This document shows positions 31,738 through 54,035 of a stretch of DNA of 64,000 nt, one piece after another; positions within the stretch are counted from its first letter, which is position 1, and each line of letters starts with the position of its first letter. A model generated the notes under the pieces. That model was not told where the DNA came from, did not search any database, and worked only from the letters and a program-made list of their open reading frames with translations. Both the position numbers and the translations under genes were made by a program. This stretch comes from the human T2T-CHM13v2.0 reference genome, Homo sapiens, in assembly GCF_009914755.1 (NCBI RefSeq), contig NC_060930.1; one strand, 5' to 3'.

Positions 31738-32271
31738 GTGAGCTGTCAGTGGTCATTGACATCAGAGGCAACTGACAGTTTTTTTTATCAACAGAAATTT
31801 GGTTGTTGCCCCCAAAGTTCTATGAAATAAGAAGACTTGAAAACTCTGCCCCCCTCCCTGATTTGCAAAAATTTTGTTTGGATCATGAATTAGAAAGGGT
31901 AGAAAGATGGCTGGGATCACCTTATTAACTGCTGATGGGATGCCCAGCTTTTACCAGGTTATGAGCTGGCTTTGTTTACCTAGAAGATTCACACTTTTTA
32001 GAAAATATTTTGTCTACTGAAAAAAAGACTGACAAAATCATGAAGGCAAGAAATGTCACTGAGTAGTGATGTACAATTGCCATCTTTACAATATCCATGT
32101 GACTATTCAAAGTAGAAATACATTTATCTTAAGAACTATATAGTAAGTAAGAGTCACTTGTAAGGTGCTGCCTGGTTGTAAGCTGGTCTATTTGTAGTCC
32201 TGATGAATAATGAGGGTTGACTAAACTTGCTTGAAATTTAAGGAAATTTGTGCCTATAAAAGTTATAATGT

Positions 32272-32616
<345 letters not shown>

Positions 32617-32902
32617 TCAAAAGTTTAAATGAGATGTTCTACTGCCATTGGCCATTGTTATTCTTGGTCTCAAATGTATTAGTACTTTTCCTGATGTACT
32701 CTGGAGGTTGATCCATGAATTTCATAGACTTTCTGCTGGAAACTAAGGGTGTCTGATTAGATGGTGGAATGTAGATGGAGACAACCTTCAAGTGATAATG
32801 TCATTGTTTTCTTGCTGTGTCATTACCTTGATGATTAAGATACAATTATTTTTAAAACCAAAAGGCACTAGTTATGTTTCTCAAATTAGAAAACTATTTT
32901 AG

Positions 32903-39041
<6,139 letters not shown>

Positions 39042-39349
39042 AAAACTATTTTAGTTATTTTGAAGAAATATAAAGCCATAACAAAAGCCATTATGCTTTT
39101 TACTCGAGTGTTAATGAATGCAAAGAGATTAGATAGTAGTATTTAATTAATGATGTTTATCTTCAGTATATTTAATATGAGTAATTTTTCACCTCCTTTA
39201 CAGAGGAACAATGTTTATTGTTTAAAGGTGGGAAATGATGGCTAAGCCACCAAATCTATTTCACGATATTTGACTGTATTATGCATTGTACAATGGATTT
39301 CATTTTTCATGTAATATCTCAGTTTTCTTACCTATAAAACAAAAGCAGT

Positions 39350-39649
<300 letters not shown>

Positions 39650-40262
39650 TCACAAGGGTTCCCAGTCTGTATTGTTTTATTATCTCAAAAGTTTAAATAA
39701 GATGTTCTCCTGCTCTTGGCCATTGTTGTTTTTACTCTCAAATGCATTAGTACTTTTCCTGATGTACTTTGGAGGTTGACCCATGAATTTCATAGACTTT
39801 CTGCTGGAATTTAAGGGTGTCTGATTAGATGTGGAATGTAGACGGACACAACCTTCAAGTGATTAACGTCATTGTTTTCTTGCTGTGTCATTACCTTGAT
39901 GATTAAGATACAATTGTTTTAAAAACCAAATGACACTAGTTATGTTTCTCAAATTAGAAAACTATTTGTTATTTTAAAGAAATATGAAGCCATAACAAAA
40001 ACCATTATGTTTTTTACTCCAGAGTGTAAATGAATGCAGAGATTAGACAGTGGTATTTAATTAATGATGTTTATTTTCACTATATTTAATCTGAGTAATT
40101 TTTCACCTCCTTTACGGGGGAATAATGTTTATTGTTTAAAGGTGGGAAATGATGGTTAAGCCACCAAATCTATTTCACGATATTTGACTGTATTAGCATT
40201 GTACAATGGATTTCATTTTTTATGTAATGTCTCAGTTTTCTTACCTATAAAATAAAAGCAGT

Positions 40263-40575
<313 letters not shown>

Positions 40576-41006
40576 CTAATTTGTATGCGGTTGTTACAGG
40601 CATTATTGTTTTGGAAGGTGATATTTTTCATCTTGTACACAACATGGCTGTCTCCATTTTGTGAGATGCTGACCTCACAGGCTTTCAAAATTTCTGATTT
40701 GCTAAAAAATTAGTAATGAATGTTTATCTATATTTTCCTCAATGTTAAGTTAAAGAAAAAGAAAAACAAAACTTGCTTAGTTACTTTCTGAAGATAAGTT
40801 TTGATGATGTGGCTCTGACTATGGTAAAGTAAGGAACTGTGGAGGACCAAAGAGCCAGGAGAACTTGAAAGAGTAGCAAGAAATAACCAAATCTGCTGAA
40901 ATCCATTTCATTGACCTTCTCAAGGAAAAAATTTTAACAACTCCCCACGTGTCCAAAGAATTTAATTTTAACTAGTGCAAAAATGTAGCAAGATTTTTAG
41001 AAATAA

Positions 41007-41317
<311 letters not shown>

Positions 41318-41991
41318 AGAAATACCATTTTTAAAAGCTAGACACTGGGCACTGAATCTCAATTCTAAACAGAAAAGACATACTACGCATGAATTCATGG
41401 AACTTGCCTGGCTGCCAAAAATTTGCTATTTCACACTGGTACTATGGGGAAAGTATTTAAGAGAACTGCCAACTACGCAATCTAGCTTCGTAAATTAGAC
41501 CCATTCCATGTGTAAAGGAAAGTCACCTTTACACCCCAGAAAGTCTTCACTGCAAGCCAACTTTGTGCCTAGCACTATGCAAAGAACTGTGGAAAGGTAG
41601 GTATATATAATTCCTGACATATCAGACATGTAGGCCACTAAAATATCTGAGTACAAACTAAAAAAAAAATATTGAAATATTTGGTTTATAGAAGTACTCA
41701 CTGGTTCAGCCTTACTCTGAGCTAATATTGTCTCTAAAATTTTAATAAATAGGTAATAGTGGAAAATTGGTTTAGAAACTCTAAATTATAGCATAGGGAA
41801 ATATTAAATAATAAGCTTTCATCTATCTCCTCAGCAACAACTACTTTTATGATTTTCATGTGTCCTTCCAGATAATTCTATGTATATACTAGCATATATA
41901 TGTATACACATATAGCTATAAAAATATATCTTTAATTACCCCCTTAATATAAATAACACTATGTATCTTTCTGCTGCTCTATACCTAAGAG

Positions 41992-42002
41992 GTGTGTGTG
42001 TG

Positions 42003-42036
<34 letters not shown>
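41992..42036. repeat. (TG)n microsatellite
   Basis: About 22 TG units with one CG interruption. Confidence 0.95.
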
Positions 42037-43575
42037 GTTACTAACATATTTTGGGAATTTTTTCTATATCATATGCTAAACTTGCTATCCATATTTGGGT
42101 GTATTTCTGATCTTTCTAGGCTGCTCAATTTATCTATTTATGTATTAACATCAAATTGAATTACTGTAGCTTTGTAATGTTTTGATATTGGGCCTAGTTA
42201 ATTAATAACTCCCTCCCTAATTATACTTTTCAAGAAATTTCCTGGCTCTTCTTATATATTTCATTTTCTATATGAAATTCTGGATCACCTATTTAGTCCT
42301 TTCCCCAACCTCTGATTTTGATTTTTAAAAATTGGGATCAGAAGTGCTACATCTTTAAGCTCACACTTATCCTATAAAATGCTCAGATTAAGTCTTAACC
42401 ATGTAGCATACTAATATATAACAATTATCTTGAATTTTATGGTTATCTAGAATTTTCCTATGTACGAAGACTGTTCACTTTTATTATCTCCTTTAACCTT
42501 TTCAACCACTATGGCACCATGCAGGGGCCTGTTTTTTGACTCTCACATTACAGATGGAGAGAGGCGCATGGACTTGTCCTCAAGGCCTGTAGGTAAGGGC
42601 TCTGACACCTAGCTCAGGCCCAGGGCTCTTCCCATTATACCAAAGGCTGAGGGCATTACAAGTCTTCAGGAAACATTTTCAAAATAGGGAATGCTACCAT
42701 TTTAGAAATGTTGGCAGGCTATCAAATTTTCAAACTTTAAATGAAGTTTAAAACACAATAATACTGGCATGAATACAGTGAAATGAGAACTCTCACGAAT
42801 TGCTGGTGGGAGGGTAAAGTAGCATAGCGCTTTTGGAAAGTATTTGGACAATACATACCAAAAGTCTTAAAGTGTTTCAGAGGAAGAAGAAAATTGCTAC
42901 TGGGATTTCTGGGCTGCAGTTCCCTCTGCTCATGAACCCACTTCCCTTGCTCCAGTTGGGCCTATTTCCCCACTGTCTTCTGAGTCCTGTAATCATGCTC
43001 AACTCTCTACCTGTCTGTAGAACCTCCCTTCCCCTATCTTCTCCTTCTCTCTTTTCCCCTACACCTTGGACCTTCAGGCTGGCAAGGTGTCACTGAAACC
43101 TGACCTTCCATGTTTCCCAACATTTCCCATTAGCTCCAGATCCTTACATGTCATGCCTTCATTCCCAGTCTCTTATCTTCTCCCAAGGTTTCTCTACTGC
43201 GTATCTTGCTGGTGGAGAAAATTGTTTACTATATTCCTTTCATTTTTATTTCAGAATTAATAACCATTGTTCTCATTTTCCAATTAAATGACAAAATTAA
43301 AACTTTTTCAAACAATGCACATCCCCTTACTTACTTCATGGGATTTAAGTAACTTTTCCAGAAATAACAACAAAATAAACCCCAAAATGATAAGACAGTC
43401 ACTGAAATACTTTTCTCTGAATAATATGCCTTTATCTACCATGACCAGAAAATATTATCTAAAGAAATTAAGATTGTGAATCTTCTTCATAATTAGGCAA
43501 ATATTTTCATTTCCTTTTTCTAATTTCTCTTTGATTTAGAAAATGTATTTTCTTTCAAATTAAAAAAAAAAAGGG

Positions 43576-43908
<333 letters not shown>

Positions 43909-44947
43909 CTAACTTAGATATAATTGTTTTTGATGAGTTTTTTTTTAAAGCTATTGCTAACACTATTGGTAAGCTTTTGCTAACATTATTATCCATATCA
44001 AGTAACTATTGATAGCACAATTCAAAATTGATTTCATTTTCCTCCAAAAAGGCTTTGAGAATCTTCGATTGTTCTCTTTTAGTGCATCTTCTTTTGTCTT
44101 AGAATTAATCACTTAAATTTTTTAGTCAGCATTCCCACCACATGTTTGACAGTGGTTGCAAGGTCAAATTTGGTATATATTTAATTAGGATGTTTTTTCC
44201 TTTGGGCAGATTCAGAAAATATCATAACTATCTTCCAAATTGTTCCAAAGAATGTCACTGTTATTGACACAACTCCTAGCAATACATTCAAAAGACGATG
44301 CATTACTTACGGCATAAAAAATACTTCTGGAATTTATGCCAAAATTCTGGCATGTATACCTTTTCTTTTGTCAGCTGTATTAGTACCATCATGATGGTCT
44401 TGCCCTTCAGATGATTTTAAATTTTTAAAATAAAGCTGCAATTTTTATTATAATTTTTTGAAAATTTAATGGACTCATTAAATATTTCTATTTTAAAGAA
44501 GGTATTCACAATTCTAATGTCTACTATCCATATAGTTGCCAATATAAGGAATGACTATTACAGTTCATGCACTTTACATCTAGGCCTAAATATGTACCAG
44601 TGTAAGGGTAATACGAATTGTTACTGTTTTTCAGCTAACATTTGCAACTGCTGTGGATACTGTGTTAATTTGTGAGCATATTTGGAACCTTGAATTAGAA
44701 CATGGAGAGAGGCAAGAAAACTGATGCTTGGCACCACTAGGAAACAATGCTTCCTTATGCCAGAAACTATTGCATTCATACCCAGAGAAAGGCTTTGATG
44801 AGTTAATTTCCTTTCCCTCTTAAATAAAAGCTCTGCAGCTCAAATCTTCCCCTTGCTCTTACTTAAGCAGTGTCTGTCTACGAAGTCATGGCAGCACAAT
44901 CCACAGAACTTCATGGAATTCAGCAGCAGTTTCCTTTGGAGGCAGGG

Positions 44948-45346
44948 GGTGATAAAATATATATAACAAAATTTGTCATTTTAACAATTTTTAAGTGTAC
45001 AAGTCAGTGGCATTAATTACATTAATAATATTGTACAAGCATCATCATCTACTTTTTCATCATCCCGAACAGAAGTTCTGTGCCCATTAAGCAATAATTC
45101 CTCCTCTTCCCCAACTGCTGTAGCTTCTAATCTACTTTCTGCCTGTGTGAATTTGCTCATTCTAGATATTTCCAGTAAGTGGGATCATACAGTATTTGTC
45201 CTTTTGTGTCTGGCTTATTTCACTTAGCATAATATTTTCAAGGTTTATCCATGTTATAGCACGTATCAGAACCTCACTCCTTTTTATGGCTGAATAATAT
45301 TTCATTGTATGTATATACTATGTTTTGCATCCCCATTCATCATCAG
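44948..45346 (-). mobile_element. L1MB-type 3' end fossil
   Basis: ttttaagtgtacaagtcagtggcatt...tttgtgtctggcttatttcacttagcataat...ttttatggctgaataatatt. Confidence 0.8.
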
Positions 45347-48291
45347 TTGCCTCTTATTCAGGGCACATTGTAAGAGATGTGGAGAAGTGGAACCTGAACA
45401 ATGTTTGTGATAGGAGATACTCTCTACACTGTGGGACCTGGGGCAGGAGTCCTTCTGCCTGGTCTGAGAGCAGTAGTGCTGCCCCACAAGAATCACTGGC
45501 AGAGATTCTTGATTATTCCAGTTGTTGTTCCCTTTACCTCTGGATTCCTAAAGCACCTAGAACCAATGATGTGAAGTTTAACACTTATCTACAGAATGAG
45601 TTACTGTTGCCCTCCTTACAATTAAATGTAAAGTCTCTTTTTGTTCTCAGCTGTTGATAGTTGATACAGAAGGAAATGAACACTGGCTCTGAATGTGGCA
45701 GTTACTGTGCTAGGTGAGGAGGCACCATAGATGTTCAGTTTCTTCCCCTTCTCTCTTCTCCAGTGTCTAATATTGCACTGATAATACACTAGGAATTCAA
45801 AATTATTGTCGATTCATTGATTGGAAAATGCCTTCTTCCCAAGAAAATGTGTGAAATACTTGACTCTCATTCTTCTTTGTTCATCAGAAAAACTGATTTC
45901 CCTGGCCAGTAAGAAGAGGCAAACCAAAGCTTACCCCTCAGGAAAAAGAGGCTTCAGAGAATTGCATTTCCTGATTGTAGATGGGAGAGGGGATTTCTTC
46001 TCCCTCTCTTCCCAAGGCTCATCTCTATCTGCATAATGGAGTAGAATCATCATCCTTCCAGTTGACAGTCTACATTAGGACACATTTCTTTGCATTATTT
46101 TTTCTTTGCTACAATGCTGAGAATTCTTCTCTTTTTCCCAAGGAAAGCAGAGTCACAGCATGCCTGTGTTTATCATTGGCTTTTATTTGGCATAATTAAA
46201 ACAAAAAAAGATGAATTCTCCTCCAGTCAGGAAACATGTGAAGCCCCATCTTCAACTTGCAGCTGTCTAGCTTTTTTATTTAGCCATATAGCACAAAATA
46301 TTTTATGTTGGGAATTTCTTAACAGGATGAGAGAAGGGCTCCTCATTAAGAATGTAGACAACTACAGTCTGCATGGGAACCTGATGAATTTCATGGCTGC
46401 ATGTGAATTTGTTATCCAAGAAGAGAACATAACTTCCAAATTTGAAAACAAGACGTCTAGACTCTTTTCTTAATTGATGACTACACATAAAAATGTATAA
46501 TAAAAATGTGTCTGCAACTCTACAAAAGCATCCCACTAACAAAAGCACTTTTATCAGAAAAATTAGGTTGTGTCTATGAGAACACACATTCATCTAACAA
46601 ATAGATGCGTCTTACTGTCCATATTATTCTGCTACTTGGGGTTCTTCAAATTTTGTTTTCCAAGTGGTTATTTTTGGTATCTAAAATTTTTCAGACAAAA
46701 GCTTCCTAAATGGATAGTGATGATTCAGTGCCACCCCTATCATATAGTTTCATGTGTAACTTGTGATTTTCATAACAAATGTTTATCAACTATCAACTTG
46801 AGTCCTCATTAAATATTTTCCATTTAATAGCTCATAAAATAGTCACATGAGTAAAATCTGCCTTCATCAAGTACCATTACAAAGAATAATATTCTATTAT
46901 AATAATATTCTATCCAGAACCTAATAGTTAGGCATTGCTCCTTTGAATACATTTTTTTAAAAAATTGCTGTCAGGAACAAATAGGTAGACAGAATGGACT
47001 TCTGTGATAAAAGTAACCATGAAGATTAAATGTTTTATACATATTACCTAGTCACCTAAAAGCCACTTTTGCAAAATGATTAAAGAGTTTTATCAGTGAA
47101 GTTAAAAGATAATCCTCAGAGGCTTAAAATTGACAGCAAAGTTCTTTCTTGTTGGTTATGTGGAGCTTTGCTCCTCAGTGCTGAATGAGGTGCAGAGTGC
47201 AAAGGTCAATTAAACAGGCATTTATTAGCTCCAATTATAGTTCCAGCATGGTGCTAGGAGCTCAGCTTCATACTTTTCCCAGTATGGTTAGGGTAGTACA
47301 TAACTACCCACTGAACATATTATTTCAAAACAGGTATTACTCATGAGGTAGCTTGGGCATTATTTTGCCTTGGATTCATGAGGAATCAATGATCAGTCCT
47401 GGACAGTAATAATCAAACAATCTTATGATTTCTTTTGGCTGCCCTGCAGTTACCCATATACAAATTAATCATAGGTAATGAAGTGTACATTTATATAAGG
47501 CACAATAAGTTTGAGGGGCCTAAAACTGATTAGGGAGATTAAAATTGGACTCTATCAGGTGGCTGTCGTCTCTTCAGACCATCGTTCTGTACACTTGTCC
47601 ATCCATTCATCAATCTTTTATGTTGAGCTACAAATAAACAAAAGTATTGTCCTTTGCTGAGAGAGGAACCCAAGATGATTAAGACGCAGTCCTTTGGTCT
47701 ACCTGAGGATACAGGTCCTCACCAGGTGTGGATCAGATCAGGAAATACGATGTATCTTGGAGCAAGTGGGTCAAAGCTTAGGACTAGATCCAAAAGGAGA
47801 AAACAGTTCAAACAAAGTCAAGGAAGTAAGAAAGAGATGAGATCTGGACTCTTACTACCATGCCCTGTATCACCAGGAATTCCCTGGGCACATATCTATC
47901 TAAATCTGAACATCCAATTCTTTCTCCTTACCTTACCTCTAAAGAAAGTATGAGTGCTAAGAAGCCATCTTGGGATAAAAGTAAAGAGAGTGGCAAAATT
48001 CTCCCAACTGAATGCATGAGAAATACTGCTACCAAAATTTGGAAGGGCCTCAGAGAGTTTGTTCATATAACATTACACATTTTTCTTTCCACTGGGGAGA
48101 AAGAAACACTTTCAACTTAGGTTTGAAGAAAAGTATGTAACTATCAGATGCTAAGATAACCTGGCGACCAAGATTTCACAATTAAATTCTTAGGAAATTT
48201 CTGGAAACTGTATACATTCTCATCTGTCTTGAATAATTTACGGTTCTGCTGAAATAGACTAAGAGAATAAACCAAAGATCATACTAGTTAC

Positions 48292-48873
48292 CATAAACCA
48301 AAAGTAAAGTTCTAAGGCCCCCCAACCATCTGAATGGACTTTCTCCTTGGCCAGTGCATTCTAAAATTTAACCTGAAAGACTAGTTCATGCCATGATGGG
48401 AAGTGGGGGTTGGACATGCCACATTATACCCTCCAGCATTAACATCAACACAGACCTTAAGTCTGATAAGAAACATTTACACTCTATTCTCTCTGAAGTC
48501 TGCTACCTGGAGGCTTCATCTGCATGATAAAATTTTTGGTCTCCACAACCTCTTATTGTAACTCAGACATTCATTTCTATTGATAATAACTCAACCAATT
48601 GCCAATCAGAAAAATTTTAAATCTACCTATAACGTGGAAGCTCCTGACCCCTCCCCACTTCAAGGTGTCCCGCCTTTCTGGACCAGACCAATAAATGTAC
48701 TTGATTGATGTCTCATGTCTCCCTAAAATGTAAAAAACCAAGCTGCACCCCAACCACCTTGGACATATGTTCTCAGGACCTCCCAAGGGCTGCATCATGG
48801 GCCGTGGTTACTCATATTTGGCTCAGAATAAATCTTTTCAAATATTTTACAGAGTTTGACTCTTTTCATCAAC
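48292..48873 (+). mobile_element. ERV1 solo LTR, MER4 group
   Basis: taaaccaaaagtaaagttctaaggccccccaacc start; CCAAT motif (ccaatcag); tttggctcagaataaatc...gactcttttcatcaaca end. Confidence 0.82.
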
Positions 48874-49713
48874 ATTATCAACTTAAAGTGTTATTGCTGA
48901 ACAATTTTGTTGAATTATAGATTTTCTCATCTAGATGTTTGAAACGTTAAATTTTCACAGGTGTACAAAGACATATTTTAAGAGATGACAATGACTCTAC
49001 ACTAGTAGAAGTTTAGGAATCAGTAAAAGCAGAAGTAGGAACTATTTCTGGGTAAGGATCCTTTCCTGATGCTCAAGCTGGAAACTTATCATTAAAGCCA
49101 ATTCACAATACACTGCATCTTTCATTTTTTTCTTTCAATCTAAAGCTTCCAACTTCAGTAAGCTCTCATTCCTGGAAATGATTTTGGTAGTTACTTTTTG
49201 GAACCCACAATTTCTGTAGATCCTCATCTTTTTACCATACCCTTACTGCCTCTAAGCCTTATTCCCCATATGTGGTCAGTAATGCCATGGACACTGGGAA
49301 GTAAAATGGTACTCAGAATGGGTCTGTTTGCCCACACAAGGGCAAACATGCAGGGCAGGAAAGGAGTCCAGCATTTGTGGATCTCAAGATAATCTGAAAG
49401 GTTTTGGTAAAGAGAACATATTATTACTAACTGAAAATGGACATAGAAACATTAGGGAATTTTTTGAAGGCTATAAAGAAAGCCAATTATGGCTCTGGGT
49501 CTCTGTCTCACACTCAAATGTCAGGCTGGGCTTCCCTTTGTGATTCTCTGAAGGGTACTATTGGCAAACTAGCATTGTAATCTACATTTAAATTCTAATA
49601 TGATAATAATGATTTTTAAATACTGCATTTCTTTAAGCATGTTCTATGTTAAGCACAGTGCTAGAAGCTTTGAAGTATTATTACTGACACTTATTAAAAG
49701 TTGCTAATTTGGG

Positions 49714-50126
<413 letters not shown>

Positions 50127-52643
50127 TCATTTACGTAAAATAGTGTTCATTAAATTTTTGGTTCATTTAGGATAATCATTTTAAATGAGACTGTATTTGA
50201 GACTGTATACACATACATATACATGTTTACACACATATACGTACAATATATGTACATTCTATCTAAAAGATCATACATGTGTGTACATATATGTTTTTAA
50301 AAGTCAAACTGACATATTAATGGAAACAGTGCTTACATCTCTGGTAGTGATTTTCTATTAGCAGCAGCCCTACATATGCTGCGTCTCTGAACAGCATGTC
50401 AGTGCCATGACTATCTAAACATGCAAATATGACTGACACACTCTTGAGACAGCTTTCACCTTGGTAGAGCACAGGGAGCACCACATAAATTTTCAGGAGT
50501 ATAAATGAAGCCTCATGAGTCTTTTAGAATAAATACCTCCAGGCTAGGTGGGACCACAGCCAAGCAGCCTAGAAGTTCTATCCTTGCTTACAATAGTTTG
50601 TGAACTACGATACTGAGAGCTGTGTAATCCAAGTATTTTAAATACTTCCACACCATTTCCAGTACAATCATGGAAATTTAAAAATACTCCTCTATCATCA
50701 TATATTATATAGAAAAAAACCAGTTCTTTGCAAAGCTGGCTTAAGTGAGATATTTGAGTACTTAAAACCTACTTTAAAATTTCTATCGGTAATGCCATGC
50801 TCTATCAGCACAATATTGGCTTCCTCATTAGCAAATTCACTCTAAGTAAATTCATTGGGGGTAATCTAGTGATACAGCTGGTAACCTGTGACATTAAGTT
50901 AAATGACCAATGTATCTCTAGAAAATTAGTTCAAAATGATGTATCATTTTGCCAAAAGGTCTTAGGAATTAGCTAAGATCTCTCTTTAGAAATATGAATC
51001 CCCTTGAAACCACTCCCACAAATAGCCAACATTTTAAGTAACTGCTAAGCCACCTGGTTTTCTCCAAGAAACATCATGAAACTCACAAGTTAGTAAAGTT
51101 TTGGAAAGCCTACAAAATCCCTATTTTTCTGACAAAGTTTACATATTTTGTTTCAGTGACTTTATTTCCCCTTTTCTGAGAATTAAAAAGTCCCCACATC
51201 AGATTTATAGTTCAAGCTACAGACTTATTTGCAAAAGAAGGACTTGTAAGTAGATGCCAAAGAACACTTCTTCATCACTTTAGTCTGGACTTGGCACAGT
51301 GTTTCAGATGGTATTCATTTGGAATAAAGAGATCGATGATATACCTTGTCCAATCCTCCTTTATAAGTGACTTTACTAGAAGTGGGTAAGGGCATAAAAA
51401 TATAAATTCATCTGACTGTAGGCAACCAAAAATATACCAACTCATCTTGGAGTAATTTAACCAATAAGATGATTTAGAGGACAGTTCAGTGGCACCATTT
51501 TTGGAAGGCAAAAGCTTAGCAGAAGGAACATAAATCAAAGGTGACTGGCAGGTAAAGGATATATGCTGCAATCAGCCAAACCATGTGCATACTGGCACAA
51601 ATTCAATAAGATCATTTATAAAATTTTTAAGGCAGAAGTACACAAAAGGGGGTCTGGTGCTAACGAAATCCACAGATAGCTTACACGCCACTGAAATAAA
51701 CACTTCCAGATGCGGGTGTACAAAAACCTTTCACAGAAAGAAATGTTTTCTTTCATAAATCTGAAGGAGGGACACTTAGCAGGGAAGGGCAAAAATGCCT
51801 GAAATTGAGCCTGAGCTTCTTACAGACTGGAAGTGCTTATTGAGGTGGAATGATTGTATGGGTGATGATGAACTACATAGCAAGTCTCCTTTAGAAGCAT
51901 CACTACAATCAGTAAGGCTGGATTTCTGTTAAATTGTACAAAAAGTGCTAACTCATCATTTCATAAATCCTATAAAATCTGGTGTGTAAGTTAGTGCTGC
52001 TCTCATTACGTTCCTTACAGTTTCTTTTTCAGGGGGCGTGGAAGAGCAATGACAGAGACGATAGCTTCTCACAGAGATAAAAGCTGCTAATCAAAGTTTA
52101 GGAAAATAATGCCTTGGATCTTACCCAAAGCTATTGCAGGCATGGCTTTAATGAAGGAAAAAAAAAGTCAAAACCTGGTTAGATTAGGCGTCTTCTAAGA
52201 ATGCATGACCAAATTCATTAACGGTTTAGAAAGTCAATTTGTTCATCAAAACAGCATAATATGTGGGACTTTCTGGTCGTATATACAAACCCTCCCAGAA
52301 GTTCAAACAGAAAGCTATAGTGTATTTTTTTTTTTTTTAAAGTTTAGATGACTTCTGCTTTGAGCTACCCCCACCCTTAACCAGGATATCCCCCTGAAAT
52401 TAGTTTCCCTGGTGAATCTTTAAATTTAATGCAAGTTCTTCATTAAGTATATGAGCATTGAATTTAGTCTCGAGAACATTTCTAATTGTCTGTTCTATGC
52501 ATTCAGCCAAATTGTAAACTTGCTATTTTTTTATTCTTCTCTCACTCAGGGTCTTATTCTACTTATTCTATACGGCAAATATATCTTGAATACATTTTGT
52601 CTTCTCTGGTCTCACGCCATTGCCTCAGAAGATGCTCTTTTAG

Positions 52644-53040
<397 letters not shown>

Positions 53041-53154
53041 CACAATCACTTATATTTTTCTACAACACAGAGCTGTTCATATTAATACTTTGCTTAAAAA
53101 AATCTGAAATAGCTCCTTAATGACTATGTCTGTTGTTTAAAAGAAAATTTCCCA

Positions 53155-53460
53155 CTGGGTGTGGTGGCTCACATCTGTAATCCCAGCACTTTGGGAGGCC
53201 AAGGCAGGAGGATTGCTTGAGGCCAGGAGTTAGAGACCAGTCCGGGCAAGAGAGTGAGACCCCATCTCTCCAAAAAGTTTTAAAAAATTAGCCAGGCATG
53301 GTGGTGCATAACTACTTGGGAGCCTGAGGTACGAGGATCACTTGAGCCTGGGAGATGGAGGCTGCAGTGAGCTATTACTGCACTACTGCATCACAGCCTG
53401 GGTGATAGAATGGGACCTTGTTTCTTTCAAAAAAAAAAAAAAAAGACAGAAAAGGAAAAA
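53155..53460 (+). mobile_element. AluJ SINE
   Basis: ggaggattgcttgaggccaggag and gaggctgcagtgagcta motifs; A-rich tail. Confidence 0.88.
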
Positions 53461-53559
53461 GAAATTTAAGAGACAAAAATTTGTATAACTAGAGAAAACA
53501 CTATTATTTGTGGGAAATCCATAATGTATTTTGGCAGAACAGTTTGCTAACTGCTGCCC

Positions 53560-54035
53560 TAAATCATAAAGTCTGGGTAAACTGGCTCGCAATTAAAAGT
53601 CCTTCTCAAAATGGCATCACTTTATCTTTGATGCTTCATCTCATCTCAACGTACTCCAGATCCAGTTCCTCATCTTTGCCTGAACAGCCATGCTACTTTC
53701 ATACATCTATTTTATTTTTCATTTTATTCCTGCTCCTCTGTGTGCTTGTATTGTCTTTTCAAAATCACTATTCATTCCCTTCCCCTCTGTTTTATAAAGT
53801 CAAATATTAAACACCCTAAAAGTTTTCCTTCACTTCCTCAGGCAGATTGTGCCATCCTTTCGCCGTATCTAAGGGACTGTCCCTCTTTTAGTTACAACAT
53901 CAGTCACATGGCACTGCTTATTTATTCACCTCCTTTGCTATATTTGGATAACTGGTTTCTTATCTCCATACACCATACCTCCCTCCCAATATATTTCTAA
54001 CACAATGTTTGGCACATGCTTATTGAATAAATGCA
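53560..54035 (-). mobile_element. L2 LINE fossil, 3' end
   Basis: Pyrimidine-rich degenerate tract ending ctaacacaatgtttggcacatgcttattgaataaatg. Confidence 0.5.

Noticed and set aside
39203-39226. Possible 24-bp plus-strand microexon (ctcctttacag|...aaag|gtggga), acceptor lost in copy 2
   Set aside because: Weak donor and no supporting neighbouring exons.
50200-50300. CA/TA-rich quasi-palindromic tract
   Set aside because: Degenerate low-complexity microsatellite; hairpin potential follows from composition.
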